Positions 13,573 to 26,499 of a DNA stretch of 64,000 nt are shown here, piece by piece. This DNA comes from Octopus vulgaris (Eukaryota). Position numbers and translations under genes: made by a program. How positions within the stretch are numbered: the first letter of the stretch is position 1; the number at the start of each line of letters is the position of its first letter. Below the pieces are notes generated by a model. It did no database searches, had not been told where the DNA came from, and worked only from the letters and a program-made list of their open reading frames with translations. The stretch is from assembly GCA_951406725.2 (NCBI GenBank), contig OX597820.1:81282001-81346000 (forward strand), written 5' to 3'.

Positions 13573-13973
13573 TCTTTATATATAAAAGTGAGGTTGTGTG
13601 CTGTCTGTCTCCTACGATTTAGATTCCTAACTACTCCCACATTTTGCGGTGCAGTGTAACCAAAAGCAGGTATCTTATAGTCGTGATTCATATCGAGCCC
13701 TTCTGGGTATTAGCGCGTGTCTATGATGAGTCTACGATTTTAAAAATAATTTACCATCATTTTTTTCCATTTTAATGCATTTTTTCGCTATTATATAAGG
13801 GAAGTAACTCTCTAAAAATGTCTACGATGAGTCAACGATTTAAAAAAAAATTTACCATAATTTTTTTTCCATTTTTGATACATTTTTTTGCTATTTTTTG
13901 GCTATAACTCTCTAAAAATGCTTATATAGTTATTTCCCTTACAAACCTGAGCAACGCCGGGCGATACTGCTAG
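13573..13973 (+). mobile_element. Non-autonomous Helitron, copy 2
   Basis: TC...CTAG termini in A|T, 3' hairpin CCTGAGCAACGCCGGG, near-identical to 6220-6605. Confidence 0.85.
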
Positions 13974-13984
13974 TATATATATAA

Positions 13985-14800
13985 ATTATTAAAGAGGATA
14001 ACAAACATTAAGGCAAAGCAAACATCTCAAGTCATATACATTATTATTATTGGAAAAAAAATTCAGAGTCTTACAGCTATTTCAAAAATTCAGTGACTGG
14101 TTGATGCAATAATGTGTATAACACAAACAGGTGTGCATACTGATGTAGTAATATACATCAAACATAAACACATAAACATGAAATGTGAGTATATCCAAGA
14201 CAGAGGCATTGAAGTGTCAAATTTTTTCATCTGAAGAAGGAGTGGCAAAAATGTGATTTCTCTAGTGGCAGACTGATATTCAAGGGCATGGAAGCATTGA
14301 TAAAAAACTGAAGGACGGGGGGGGGATAGTGTTTGTGAGGTAGAAATAGTGATAGTAAGAATGATTATGAAATCTAGATAGATGTAAGAAAAGTGAAAGA
14401 ATGAGAGTAGAAAAGAGAAAATTAAGGAAAAACAAAAAAATAATGGAAAAGAAAAAATAGCAGAAAAAAAAGCAGAGGAAAGATGAAAGGGGTATAGTCA
14501 GTTTGAAAGAACTGGACTAGTCAAGCATTATCATAAATCAGAATTTGATAAAGACATAGTATAGGTGAAATATCATGCTCAGTTCTTTAAAAGTAAAGAA
14601 TGAAAGAGACAATTTAGGTATTTCTTTCTAAGTGGTGGCCTAAATACAGAATAAGCATCCAAGCATGTAGACAATACAAGGCAGGAACCACAGTGAAAGT
14701 GTAAAAAACCAAACAATGAGAAGCAAGAGAAAATACAATAGAATGGGAGGGATGAAACATATAATTATAAATATGATTTTAAAGTATTATAGGGATAAAA
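13985..14800 (-). mobile_element. Probable Penelope-like terminal relic with decayed hammerhead
   Basis: Minus strand reads TCT-TCAGATGA-AAAAATT...AATTTTT-GAAA-TAGCTG-TA-AGA (14237-14069). Surrounding sequence is degenerate and the extent is uncertain. Confidence 0.4.
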
Positions 14801-14809
14801 GCATTCTTT

Positions 14810-15176
14810 TATTTTATTCATTTACTTGTTTCAGTCATTTGACTGCAGCCATGCTGGAGCACCACCTAACAAATCAACCCCAGGACTTATTCTTCATAAG
14901 CCTAGTACATTTTGCATTGGTCTCTTTTGCTGAACTGCTAAGTTACAGGGACACCAACTTCAGTTGTCAAGGAATGGTGGGTGGGGGTGGGGGGACAAAC
15001 ACAGACACACAAACGTATACATAAATATAGATACATACAACAGGTTGCTTCAGTTTCCGTCTACCAAATCCACTCACAAGGCTTCAGCCTGAGGCTAGTA
15101 GAAGACACTTACCCAATGTGCCATGCAGTGGTACTGAACCTGGAACCATGTGGTTGGGAAGCAAACTTCTTACCAT
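14810..15176 (-). mobile_element. SINE family A
   Basis: Reverse-complement match to 54596-54998 with small deletions. Confidence 0.85.
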
Positions 15177-15889
15177 ATTATAATTCTAATTAGATCTATT
15201 TCAATTTATGGTAAAATATATAGAGAAGGATATATAAGAAGCTAAGACAAGGGTGTTAGGTTAAATCATATGTTATTTAAGATGATTGGAGAATACTGAT
15301 CTACAATAAAAAGTAGATCTTTTAAAAAGCAATGACCACAGATTGTAATTGCATCTCACTTAAGGAGAAAATTCCAATCCTCTTGTAATATTTCCAGAGA
15401 TTCCCTACTGCACAGATAGCATGCAGTGTAGCCTTCTTGATAAAGTGTTCCAGTCTTAATAACAAACCATGTAAATCTCATAGGATTTTCTTAGCCAGGA
15501 GATGATGGATATAATTTGCTTATGTGGTGGAATACTTGCATTTAGTGCTAGAAAATGAGCTAAGTATTGTCTCTTGGAATTGACAGAGAATTCTAATGTA
15601 TATTTTAGTTAAATTCTTGTGCTTGATATAAACAGTACATTTGTAGACTATGTTACATTGCAAGCAATAACTACCCAGAGAATAAACTGTTGGGTATTCC
15701 AAAATTACAGTTATTCATATCACATGTTAAATTGCTGTTAGCAATGATATATTTATTATTAATATATCAATACTTCACACTATTATAACTAATACTGTGA
15801 ATACTATAAATGTAATTATTACTATTAATATAAAATAATTATTGCAATAATTGTAATAATATAACATTGATGGTATTGTAATTAACACC

Positions 15890-18100
15890 AATGGCTTGTA
15901 AGGTCTGTATGAAATATGAAGATGCAGTAAATAAAGTGAGAATCAATAATGATTTCAGTGATGGTATTTGTGTGAAAGTAGTTCATCAAAGCTCAGTTCT
16001 CAGCCCACTTCTACTCATAATAATCCTACAGGCAACAAAAGAGGAGTTTAAGACATGCCTATGGGAACTCAACAAGCTTTGAGCTAGATCTCATAGCAAA
16101 ATTTATAGTGGGATTAGAGAGGAAATTTTAGATATGGAAGGTAAAACTAAAATTGAGAGGCCTCAAGGTAAACTTAACAAATGTTAAAGTTTTAATAAGT
16201 AAGAAAGAAGATAGGACTCTGGTATCTTCTAGCTTGATATACAGAAAAGGAGTAGATATAAACTCCATATGTTGTATTCAATGTAAGACCTGGACACACT
16301 AGAGGTATAGAGGAATCACAAGCAGATTAAAAGGAAAAGTAACCTTTGCATTTAACATATGCACTAGAGCAAGATGTACTATGAATGCATTGAAATAGGT
16401 TCTCTTAAATGCTCGTATGATGCATGAGGCATTCTGGATTGGAAGACAGCATATCAGAGAGAATCAAGATGTTGTGGGAGAGAAGTGAGTAGGAATAAAT
16501 AACAGTTTACTTGAATTTAGTTATTCTGAAAAGAGGCATAGAAATGCTATGATGAAAGGCTATTAAACACAGAGATGGTTTGAGAGAAAGAGAGCCTTTC
16601 AAATGTTTACCCAACAAAGAGACCAGAAGTAAGATTGATAAAGGAATTAATGTTATGAGAACAGGGAAAGCCTCTGGTTTATCAGGAATTACTACTCAGA
16701 TGCTTGAAATAACTGGCAAAGTGGGATAAGACTTTGTCACCCATAATCTGGTTGCACAAGGGTGGCACAGCAGCATTATGGTAAACAGTTACCATAATGC
16801 TATAGGAGATGTTTTAGAGAGGAGTAAACATAGAGGTAACAAATTGTTGGACAAGGTCACAAAAGTTACAGAAAGATTGTAACTCAGCTAATTAGGAAGA
16901 GATTACGACTAGATGAGATTCAGTTCGGTTTTATTCTGGACAGAAGTACTATAGATACTCTCTTCCTAGTAAGGCAGCTATGGGAGAAGTATTTACCTAA
17001 AAGTAAACCTCTGTACTTGACTTTTGTTGACTTGGTTCACCACACCCTGACTTGGTAGTCACTGTGGAAGCTAGCAGTAGACAAATGGCTGGCAAAAGCC
17101 ATCCAAATCATGTACAAGAGTGCTGTCAGTAAGGTGAGACATAGCAATGAGTACTGTGAGGAATTTAGTGAGTAGGTAGAAGTTCACTAGAATTTGACTC
17201 TTAGTTATTTCTTATTTATCATTATAGCAAAGATTAAACTCAGGTGGTTGAGCGTTACAAAGAAGATGACAAAAGACTGACATGACTGATGATTCACTGT
17301 GCTCAACAAATTACATCAATCTCAGCAAAAATGAGGTCCTATTAGAATATCATTATGTCTATGTCCTCAAATCTAATCTGTCCCTTTCAAAATTTTATGT
17401 AACTCATTTTTGTAATATCTGTCCCTCTTTCAACCCTCTAACTATGGCACAATATCTTCAGCTGTTGTAATCATATGAGAGCAGAACTGTGCATATTCCA
17501 TCCTACAGTTTGTGTTACACTCTCTTTAAAACCACTTCCCTTGCCATCCATTCTGAACTCTCAGCATCATCTATTGCCACCTTATTTTCCATTAAACACC
17601 CATTTTTCCTCAACATCCTCTCATATAAGCCATCAATACTCCCATCCTATTTTGTCCCTATACCCATCTTACATGTCTCTGACCGCCATCTCTGTAATTG
17701 CACATCTTCTCTCCCCCACGCATTTCATATCATTTCCCTATTTCTCATCTTTGCAATTTTATTATAATGTTGTTCTCACCTTTGTTATGTATTGCTATCT
17801 ATCACCTCCTCCTTTACTACTATTTTCTTTTACCTTTCCCTAAATTGAGATTCACCACAGATTTCACTTCCCACCATGTTCACCAGTCTCTGCATTCACC
17901 TCCATCATCATCCCTACTGTCTGTCACTCTTCTTTCACAATTTTGTGAACCACCTACATAGCCATTCTTTATTCCCTATTCCTATTCCATTTTTATACAC
18001 CTTCTCGTACCTTTAATGGAAAACATATCTCATCTTCACTAAATTTTCTCCTTTTCCTGCAGGGCTAACCATGTATTTCATCTACAGTATGACACCTGAT
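15890..18100 (+). mobile_element. Degenerate RTE-clade LINE fragments in non-collinear order, plus pyrimidine-rich tail
   Basis: 15890-16400 encodes ..VHQSSVLSPLLLIIILQA..WEL.. plus a PHD remnant. 16400-17220 encodes LDEIQFGF..STIDTLFLVRQLWEKYL..LYLTFVDL. Both are homologous to 61280-62540. The C/T-rich tail resembles 40250-40580. Confidence 0.8.
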
Positions 18101-18295
18101 TTTGCCCCTCTTTTATATGTTAGCATCTCATCCTTTAGTCTTGTTAAGGACATGACATGACACACTATTGCTGGGACCATGAAAAAATGTAACCAAAACA
18201 GATCAGGAAGTAGAAAAAGCATTCAGCCACAAAAAGTAAAGTAGATATGAGTGAGATGTAGCCCATCAATGTATAATTAAGACACATACACACAA

Positions 18296-18545
18296 TGAGC
18301 TTGTTTCAGTTTCTGCCTGCCAAATCCATTCACAAAGCTTTGGTCAGATGGGGGACTGAAACTGCAACCATGTGGTTGAGAAGCAAACTTCTTATCTCAC
18401 ACTCACACTCTTATATGTATGTCTACAGGCACTGGCATGGATGTGCAGTTAGAAGTTTGCTTACTAACCATATGGTTTCAGGTTCAAAGGTTTAATCCCA
18501 TAATGTGACACCTTGGACAGGTGCCTTCAACTATAGCCCAGAGCC
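18296..18545. mobile_element. Two head-to-head SINE family A fragments
   Basis: Minus-strand fragment 18296-18400 and plus-strand head 18427-18545 both match family A. Confidence 0.6.
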
Positions 18546-18568
18546 AATTGATCATCCTCATTGTTTAA

Positions 18569-18784
18569 CCCTTTCGTTACTGTATTTATTTTGAGATGCT
18601 CTGTGTTTCTTTCATTTATTTTAAACATAACAAAGAATTTAGTAAAATAACTTAGATATCATTCAGCTAGTGTTAGGAACATAAATTGTGACTAAGGTTT
18701 GGTGGAAGATTTTAATTCAAAACTTATGCAAACAAGACAATTGTAGAGCCAGAGCCAGTTTCAGCTGGGTTGGTAATAAAAGGG
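18569..18784. mobile_element. piggyBac-type MITE
   Basis: TTAA|CCCTTTCGTTAC...GTAATAAAAGGG|TTAA; inverted copy at 50077-50297. Confidence 0.9.
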
Positions 18785-18789
18785 TTAAT

Positions 18790-18990
18790 GTCCATTTTTT
18801 ATCATGCTAGCATGGGTTGGATGGTTTGACAGGAGCTGGTTATCCAGAGAGCTGCACCAAGTTCTACTCATCTGTTTTGGCAAGGTTTCTACAGCTGATT
18901 ACCTTTCCTAATGCCAACCACTTTATAGAGTATACTGGATGCCTTTTACATGGCACCAGCATGGGTGCTTTTTATGTGGCACTAGCATGG
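18790..18990 (-). mobile_element. RTE 3'-UTR/tail fragment
   Basis: Reverse complement of the tail at 62560-62750 (gtggttggcattaggaaagg..ccaacccatgctagcatg). Confidence 0.75.
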
Positions 18991-19259
18991 GTTCTTTTTA
19001 CATATATGTGTATGTGTGTTGCTATGTCCTTGCTTTGATTTTGTGTGATAGTTGTAAACAATCACTATGCCAGTAGTCCATTTCCAATCTTCTGAGAAAA
19101 TATCAGGTCATGGAAAAAATTTTGATCTTCCTTGAAAATGGATGGTGGGTAGGGCAGGAAGGGAATACAGCTGAAGAAATACCTGTCACTACAAATTCTG
19201 CCCAATCCACATCGGTAGGGAATAGTGGAAATTAAAACAATGAGGAGGATATGCATATA

Positions 19260-19600
19260 TATCGTACTAGAGAAAAGCAGGGATCAGCAAAAACCCATTT
19301 TCCTTGTTTTTTATGACTTAAAGAAAGGCCTTTGATAGCATTGGAAGATCTGCTATGTGGAAAGTTCTACATCATTTTGGATGTCCTGATCACTTTATCT
19401 CTCTGTCTGGTTCAATGCATGACTATATCTGGATATGTATTCCACCAAAACATGTCAGAAGAATTTCCAGTCATATGAGCACTAAAACAAGGATGCGTCT
19501 TGGTACCTATGCTATTCTCCTCATATCTGGCTGCAATGCTTCATGAACTTCCTCCAGACAATCCAGGAATTGATATTAGACATCAGTATGAGATGTGTGT
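19260..19600 (+). mobile_element. RTE/BovB-type reverse transcriptase fragment
   Basis: Translates, with frameshifts, to FYDLKKAFDS..MWKVLHHFGCPDHFISL..KQGCVLVPMLFSSYLAAML. Confidence 0.75.
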
Positions 19601-20242
19601 TAGATGTTTAGATCAAAGTCTACTAAGACTGAAAAGTCCTCCGTCATACTGTTTTTATAATTTCTATTACTTTTTGCTAACACAGAACAAAATGAGTGTC
19701 CTTAGATCCTACTTACTAACTATAGTATGATCTTAATGTCAAAGCAAAGTTGAAAGGCAAACAGATACATTCTACCTCAGAATGAAAGGAATATAATTAA
19801 ATATTACAAGGCATTTAGTCATGCTGTCTTCTCATTTTGCAAAATTCTCCTTCATGGTTTCATAAATTATATATTATATATACAAGTGGATTATATATAT
19901 AGTGTGTAAAGCAACATATTCATAGTTACCCTTATTTGCATCCTTTGGTCAATCTGAATTAATACTACATTGCATGTTTCCTCAGATATACAAAATTTTA
20001 ATATTTTCCATTAAGTTATAATACTTCTTTAGTTGACGTCACTCAATCGTAAATCCCTGCAACTTAAGTCTACTCAATAGAAACAAAGTTTTGTCTTTGA
20101 TTTTCAGACATCTAAGACTACTTAATGCTTTTCCTTCCAAATTTGTTTCTTTATTTATCTTACTTCAGTGAATCCTTCATTGGTTAGTTTGGCACATACT
20201 ATTATTATTATTATCATCATCACCATCATCATTGTCATCCTT

Positions 20243-20455
20243 AAGGTTGTGAGCTGGCAGAATTGCATGCTGAACAAAGTGCTCATTGGATTTCTTCCAG
20301 TTTTACATTCTGAGTTTGAATTCTGCCAAGGTTGACTTCACCTTTTACTCTTTTGTGGGTTGATGAAATAAATACCAGTTGTGCACTGAGGTTGATATAG
20401 TTTACTAGCTTCCTCCCAAAAACTTCAGGCCTTGTGCCTATAGTAGAAAGAATTA
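20243..20455 (+). mobile_element. SINE family B, degenerate
   Basis: gagctggcagaa..ttctgagtttgaattctgccaaggttgactt..taccag; matches 54025-54256. Confidence 0.75.
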
Positions 20456-21107
20456 TTATTATTATTATTACTTTCTTAGTGTGGTGTCTAGTCACAAATT
20501 CTCCATAGAAGTACACTTAATATATATTTGAGTGTATATATACTCTACTGACTTGCATCATTTATATTTACAGGTGTACACATAGATAATTTAATGGAAT
20601 GTTCATGAAACAACAAACATAATTGTAATACAAGAAAATAGTTCATAGTTACTGAAGATCAAAGAAGTAATCAATGTGCATGATTCAACACTGTAACTGA
20701 AGATTGGTGCTTTTTGTTGACTATGATATAAACATGTTAAATAAGAAAAAGTGAGAGAACAAGAGGCTAACTAAGCAGAGTGATGTAGTTTCACAAGTAG
20801 TGATGAGCAGCTCTAGTCAGCCGTTGAATCTTTCTTTTTTTTATAAACATAAACCAAATTTTCTAGAAACTTGTAACAAGCCTTTGAAGTTTGCCATATC
20901 ATCATAACAAGCTAGCCAATGCCTCTTGGTTAAGCCATGTTTGTGTAGGCATTAATGCTTTTCTATGTTAATACCGCTGGTCATGGCCCTGAGCTGTGAA
21001 AATTTGAGAGTGTTAGTTCAAAACTCAGCAGGATCCTCACTGCATTCTTCTTCTTCTTCCTATTATTATTATTATTTTTATTATTATTATCATCATCATC
21101 ATCATCA

Positions 21108-21287
21108 AGGTGGTGAGCTGGCAGAATCATTGGTACACCGGGCGAAACACTTAATGGTATTTTGTCTGTTGCTATGGTGCTTAGTTCAAATTCTGCCAAG
21201 GTTGACTTTATCCTTTTATCCTCTTGGGGTTGATAAATTAAATACCCTCTCCCAAATTTCAGGCCCTGTGCCTTTAGGAGAAAGGAT
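21108..21287 (+). mobile_element. SINE family B, degenerate
   Basis: ggtggtgagctggcagaa..agttcaaattctgccaaggttgacttt..ggggttgataaattaa, flanked by (TAT)n/(TCT)n. Confidence 0.75.
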
Positions 21288-21510
21288 TCTTCTTCTTCTT
21301 CTTCTTCTTCTTATTATTATTATTATCCTTATTATCATTATCATTATTAGTAGTAATAGTATTGTTTCTCAAATGCCACTGAAGTCAATTTTCATCTAAT
21401 TGGGTTTAACAAAATAAGTACCAATCAAATACTGGAGATCAATGTAATTGATGACTTTCTTCCCTTAAAATGTTAGGTCCCTTGTGCTTAAAGTAAGAAA
21501 GAATTATTAC

Positions 21511-21544
<34 letters not shown>

Positions 21545-22350
21545 ATTATTTTGCTTTGAGGAGAATGATTTTACATTTTAGCCCCAAACAGCAACAACTT
21601 TTTTCTATCATATATCATGCAATTAAACTTCTGTACAAAATAACAGAAATAGATTTGCTCAAAGCTTATATAAGTTAGCAGCTAAAAATGTCAAGAAATT
21701 GACAGCATCACACTCTACACTTCCAGCACATTGAACACACCCAAATTCACTATTTTGCATAACCTATTAAACCACTTATTCTAAAAATCCTCTACTTTCA
21801 CATACCATTCACCACTGTGTGTATTTATAATCTTTCATAATTTTAGAATAGCCACTAAATTAGTGATCAAGTGACAAATTAATTATAGTATAAAGCAATC
21901 AAATGTTCTCACTTTATTGATGCTATTTTCCATTCATGATACATTTATTATTAACTTAGAGTGGAAGAGTAGATCAAATTGTTAAATACTGAACAATTTA
22001 ATCACTGACATAAACAGAAGTTTATTTTAACTTCAGAGGAAGAAAATTCCAGATGAAAACTCAACTTGAACTCAAAAGTACTGGAAAGGATACCATATAA
22101 TCAGTAATATAGATTATATATTTTTGAATCTCTTCTTTCTATTCCAGCTCCTTATTGTAAATGCTAAACTTATTGAGTGGTTATTCAAATAATTATGAAA
22201 GGCAAACAATTTGCATACTTGAATTTGTAGGTGTGATGAACCAATCATAATATTTTAATAAAGTTTCAAGAATGTAAAGAGAATAACACTTCTAAGACAA
22301 TCCTGATAAATGTTAAACTGTACTACAGAATATGCCTATAATTTTATATA

Positions 22351-23210
22351 CGAGGTGATATCAAAAAAGTTCTGTAAGCCACCAACAGATGACAGCACAT
22401 GGTTGCATGCAGAGTGAGCTAGCATTGACCTTCAAGAGGCAGTGAGCTGTGTGACATCACTGTGTTTACTTCACAATTTGTGAAATTTGTGTTTTATTGA
22501 TTATGTGTATATTGTAGTCTGTGATTTTTGTCATGGATAGGAAGTTGGAACAAAGAGCCAATGTGAAATTTTGCATTAAACAGAGACATTGAACATGCTT
22601 TAGCAAGCTTACAACGATAGGCAATAGGTTATATGGAATGTTTTGAGTGGCATGGGTGCTTCAAAAGGAGTAGAACATTCTTGGAAGACAATGAGTGTCA
22701 GTGCCGGAAATGGGGAGAAAATTCATCAGCTTGTGCATGAGGATCGTCAGCAGACAATCAGTGGTGTTTTGAAGCATTTGAGGACATTTGGTGAAAGCAA
22801 CTGGATCTGTGGCACATGAAGAATTGGATGCTTCATGATGACAATGCACCCTGTTATCAAACTCTCCTCATGTGTGAGTTTCTCACCTAAAACAATATGT
22901 TATCACTTCTGCACCTACCCTATTTGCCAGACATAGCACCTGTGGATTTCCATCTCTTTCCCAAGATGAAAATGCAGCTCAAAAGTTGCCATTTTAATAC
23001 CATAGTCAAGATCAAGAGCAAACTGCAGAAAGTCCTTCACTTGCTTATGGAAAACAACTTCCAGGTTGGATTTTAAAAGTGGTGGGAATGCTGGGACTGA
23101 TGTATTGTTGCACAAAGTGACTATTTTGAAGGAGATAAAGATAAAACCTAGGTAAATAAGTTATTCTTTATGAAACATAACTAGTCCAGGAACTTGTTGA
23201 TACCAACTTG
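22351..23210 (+). mobile_element. Internally deleted mariner element
   Basis: Imperfect TIRs CGAGGTGATATCAAAAAAGTTC / GGAACTTGTTGATACCAACTTG with TA flanks. Shares blocks with 11990-12940 but jumps from the HTH region straight to the region before DNAP (~22760). Confidence 0.9.
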
Positions 23211-26200
23211 TATGATAAAACTTTATGGACAGAGAAAAGTGGGATCAATTGGATTAATATCAATTCTGCATTGAAATTTCATCAGTGACAATACTTCTTC
23301 AACTGTCCATTGGGATACTGCTACTATTACTGTTAATGAAGATATTACATATAAAAGTTTTTTAAATTACTCTAAAAATACAGAGCTGGTTAAAACTCTG
23401 ATATATTCTGTAGTACAGAACAGCATTGAGACAAACATTCACATACTAATAATTTAATCTTGATAGTTACAAATACCTTAACTTCTACACTAAAATTGTT
23501 GCCTATAATATACTTTTATTCTCATACAATCTGACACCCACTCTAACTCTTTCAACCACTGCTTTATTTTTGAATGTTTATCAAGGTCTTTGTTACATAT
23601 TGATCTCTGATTTATGTATAGTGATATCAATATGGCTACAATGCAGAATGATCCTATTCTGTATAAAGTTTTACTGTACTTTCTGAACAGATATTAAATA
23701 TGATTTAGAGTTAATGTCAAAGAATGAACTAGCAGCATTGGTTACGTGCTAAATAAAAAAAATTTTCACTGTGTAGTTGCTGTACATTCAGAGTTTAAAT
23801 CTTACTGGGGCTGACTTTGTACTTTAATTCTCTAAACTGGTATTTATTTTAACAAGAGTTAATTGAGTAATGGATTGTTTTGACTGGAGTGATAGTTTCA
23901 AGCTGTCCTCTGTTTTCACAAGACCACCTAGCCCTTTAGCAGTAACTGAAACACTCAAGCCTTAAGACTTTGTTAAAGAGAGCACTGCATGTAGCTGGGC
24001 CAGATCTTTGGTCTGAGAATGACTTCTTCACACCAGTCTTGAACACCACGAAAATAAATATCGTCTTTTATCCTCTGACCAAATCATAAAAAACAACTGT
24101 CTTAGACATTTCTTATTTTTGGCCAATGTAAGGATTCACTATTAAAAGTTATAAAAACCTACACTCGACGATTTGAAGATGAAATAGTGTACAGCTGAAA
24201 TTCCTACAATTTTAGCTGTACACTATTTTAACCAGCACAGAGAATTAAGTATGTATTATTAAAACAATAAATATTACACAAACCAAAACACATTCATCAT
24301 ATACTAAGTTAAAACACAATCAGTCATCCACAAATTCATTTATAGTCAGAGAGAAACCTAATGCAACATAAACTACTGTGCATACAAAGTATGAGGATTT
24401 CAAAATGGAGACATTTTCAGCTGTTACCTTAAATGTCTATAGATTGTTTCAGCACATTACTCATCTGATTCCAGATGCTACAGTGATTATATACTTGATA
24501 TAAAATATTGCGAATGGTAGAGTGGCGAAAACAGTGGACAATTAGATAAAACAACACTATTTAGCTATATTCTTCTATGTTCTGAGTTGAAGCTCTCTGA
24601 GAGACAAACAATCATGACCGTCTGTCCTCAAAACAAGCATCAAGTACGTTAAAAGTTCAAACCTACCTGAATACAATGTGCGACTTTATGTAAATTTATA
24701 GAAATGATAGAAAAGCAAGTTTGAAATGTCTAAATCAAAGAACATTTTCAGTATAGAACTAAGGTGACTAAACCTATACTAGTCACTTAATTTTGTCTTT
24801 CTCACCAATAATTCTTCATTAAAACTCATTATAGTTCTCGCAATATCACTCTATATTCAAATGCTTGCAACACTGCTGTTACTGTTATGTCTGTGCGAAT
24901 ATCTACAAGAAAATTATTCACCACTTCTTGATATCTTTAATATAAAATTTTCTTATGTATCTTCATTTTATTCTATTTCATATGAGTAATACTTTTTACT
25001 TTAGCTATTCCAAAAGATCAATAAATTAGCTTTGATCCTGTCATCAAGCCATGAGCTATAAGCTTACTCTTTTAACATCATGCTACATGAAAAACAATAA
25101 AACCAGATAAAAAAAAAAAAAGAAGTCATTGAGACATCAAAAGAAACAGAATCAAGAATAATTATTGGGCAGATCTGATGAAAAAGGGATGAACTGAGAT
25201 ACAGATTTCAAGAAATAAAGATTAATGGTATTATAAATTGTCTGCCAAAAGATGACCATTGATGTAGAAAGAACAGATGTTGGCGATTAAATGGTAAAAG
25301 ATGAACAGTTTATAACGTTTACAGATAAACATCTTCTTAAATTGAGTTGGTGTCCTAGTTACAATCTAAGGAATTAAATTAGACTTTGGTAATGGAAGTG
25401 ATAATACAAACTCTTATATTTACTTTATAATTATTCTTCAAAACACACAAAAACCTCAAGTTATCCTCAACATGGCAGTTTCTGAAGTTATCATTATCCT
25501 TACTATAACAACCCTAGTTTCATAATATACCTACAGTTAGGATTCACATTTATCTCAGTAAAAAATAAGCTAACTATAGATACTTTCAAGTTTGTAATGT
25601 ATTTACAGTAACTAGTAAGAAGTTTACAGAATGCTTTACAATGATGGCACTCACATACTAGTTGTAGATAGGCAGAAGTACCATCAGAGTATAATACCAT
25701 CTGTTAGTTGTCAGTTTAGTTATTCATCTGACAATATACCCCTATGGCACCACAGTGACAACTAAGTAGTGAAGACATAAGCACACAATTAGACATAAAT
25801 ACAGGTTGTTGAACATGCCACAAAATAATCTTATCAAAAATAAAAATAATAGCAAATAGTAAGTACAACAGGGACCTGCTACAATGAGGAAAATGGCTAT
25901 GCACAATATGCTATACTATTTCAGCGGTTTTTTTTTTCCTTGCCATTTTGGGATTTTTGTGGGAGTCAATGTAATGCTAAGTGCTTTTGTGAATTTGTTC
26001 ATTCATGATGTGGTCCAAGGGCATAATGTTGAAGATTTTAAAGCAGCATCTCATTTCCAATGGCTGTATCTTCTGCTGTACCTTGATAATGAGCTTCAAA
26101 ACGTCATAAAAATATCATCAAAAATAGGCATAAGAAAGAACCATGTACATACAAACCTTTAATGCTTACATGCCAGTTCCAAGAATGCATCTAATATGTA

Positions 26201-26272
26201 AATTGGTATATCCAATAACTTTGTGGTACCTATATAAGCAATGTGTTCAAAGACAGAAGTGGGTTAGATAGG

Positions 26273-26314
26273 TGCTGATGAAGGGGACCCCACCTCCGAA
26301 ATATGGCATGTACA
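26273..26314 (+). ncRNA. Minimal type I hammerhead ribozyme motif
   Basis: TG-CTGATGA-A-GGGG(ACCCCAC)CTCC-GAAA-TATG G CATG-TA-CA; GUA triplet ending at 26312; stem I only 2 bp. Confidence 0.55.
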
Positions 26315-26499
26315 GTCATTACCCACTTTTGTCTCCGATTTTATTGCTTGTTTATATTCGACATCTCAATACAAAATGTTGTAGCAAAAATCGGTACTGG
26401 CTATAGTTTCTATAGAATATCTCTAGAAACAACCTTAAAAATAAAGACATGCTTATTATACAGAGTAACTGAAATGTCAAGACAGAAAGGAAGGACAAG

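Noticed and set aside
20965-21399. 144-aa ORF with His/Tyr/Leu/Ile runs
   Set aside because: It is a translation of trinucleotide microsatellites plus a SINE B copy.
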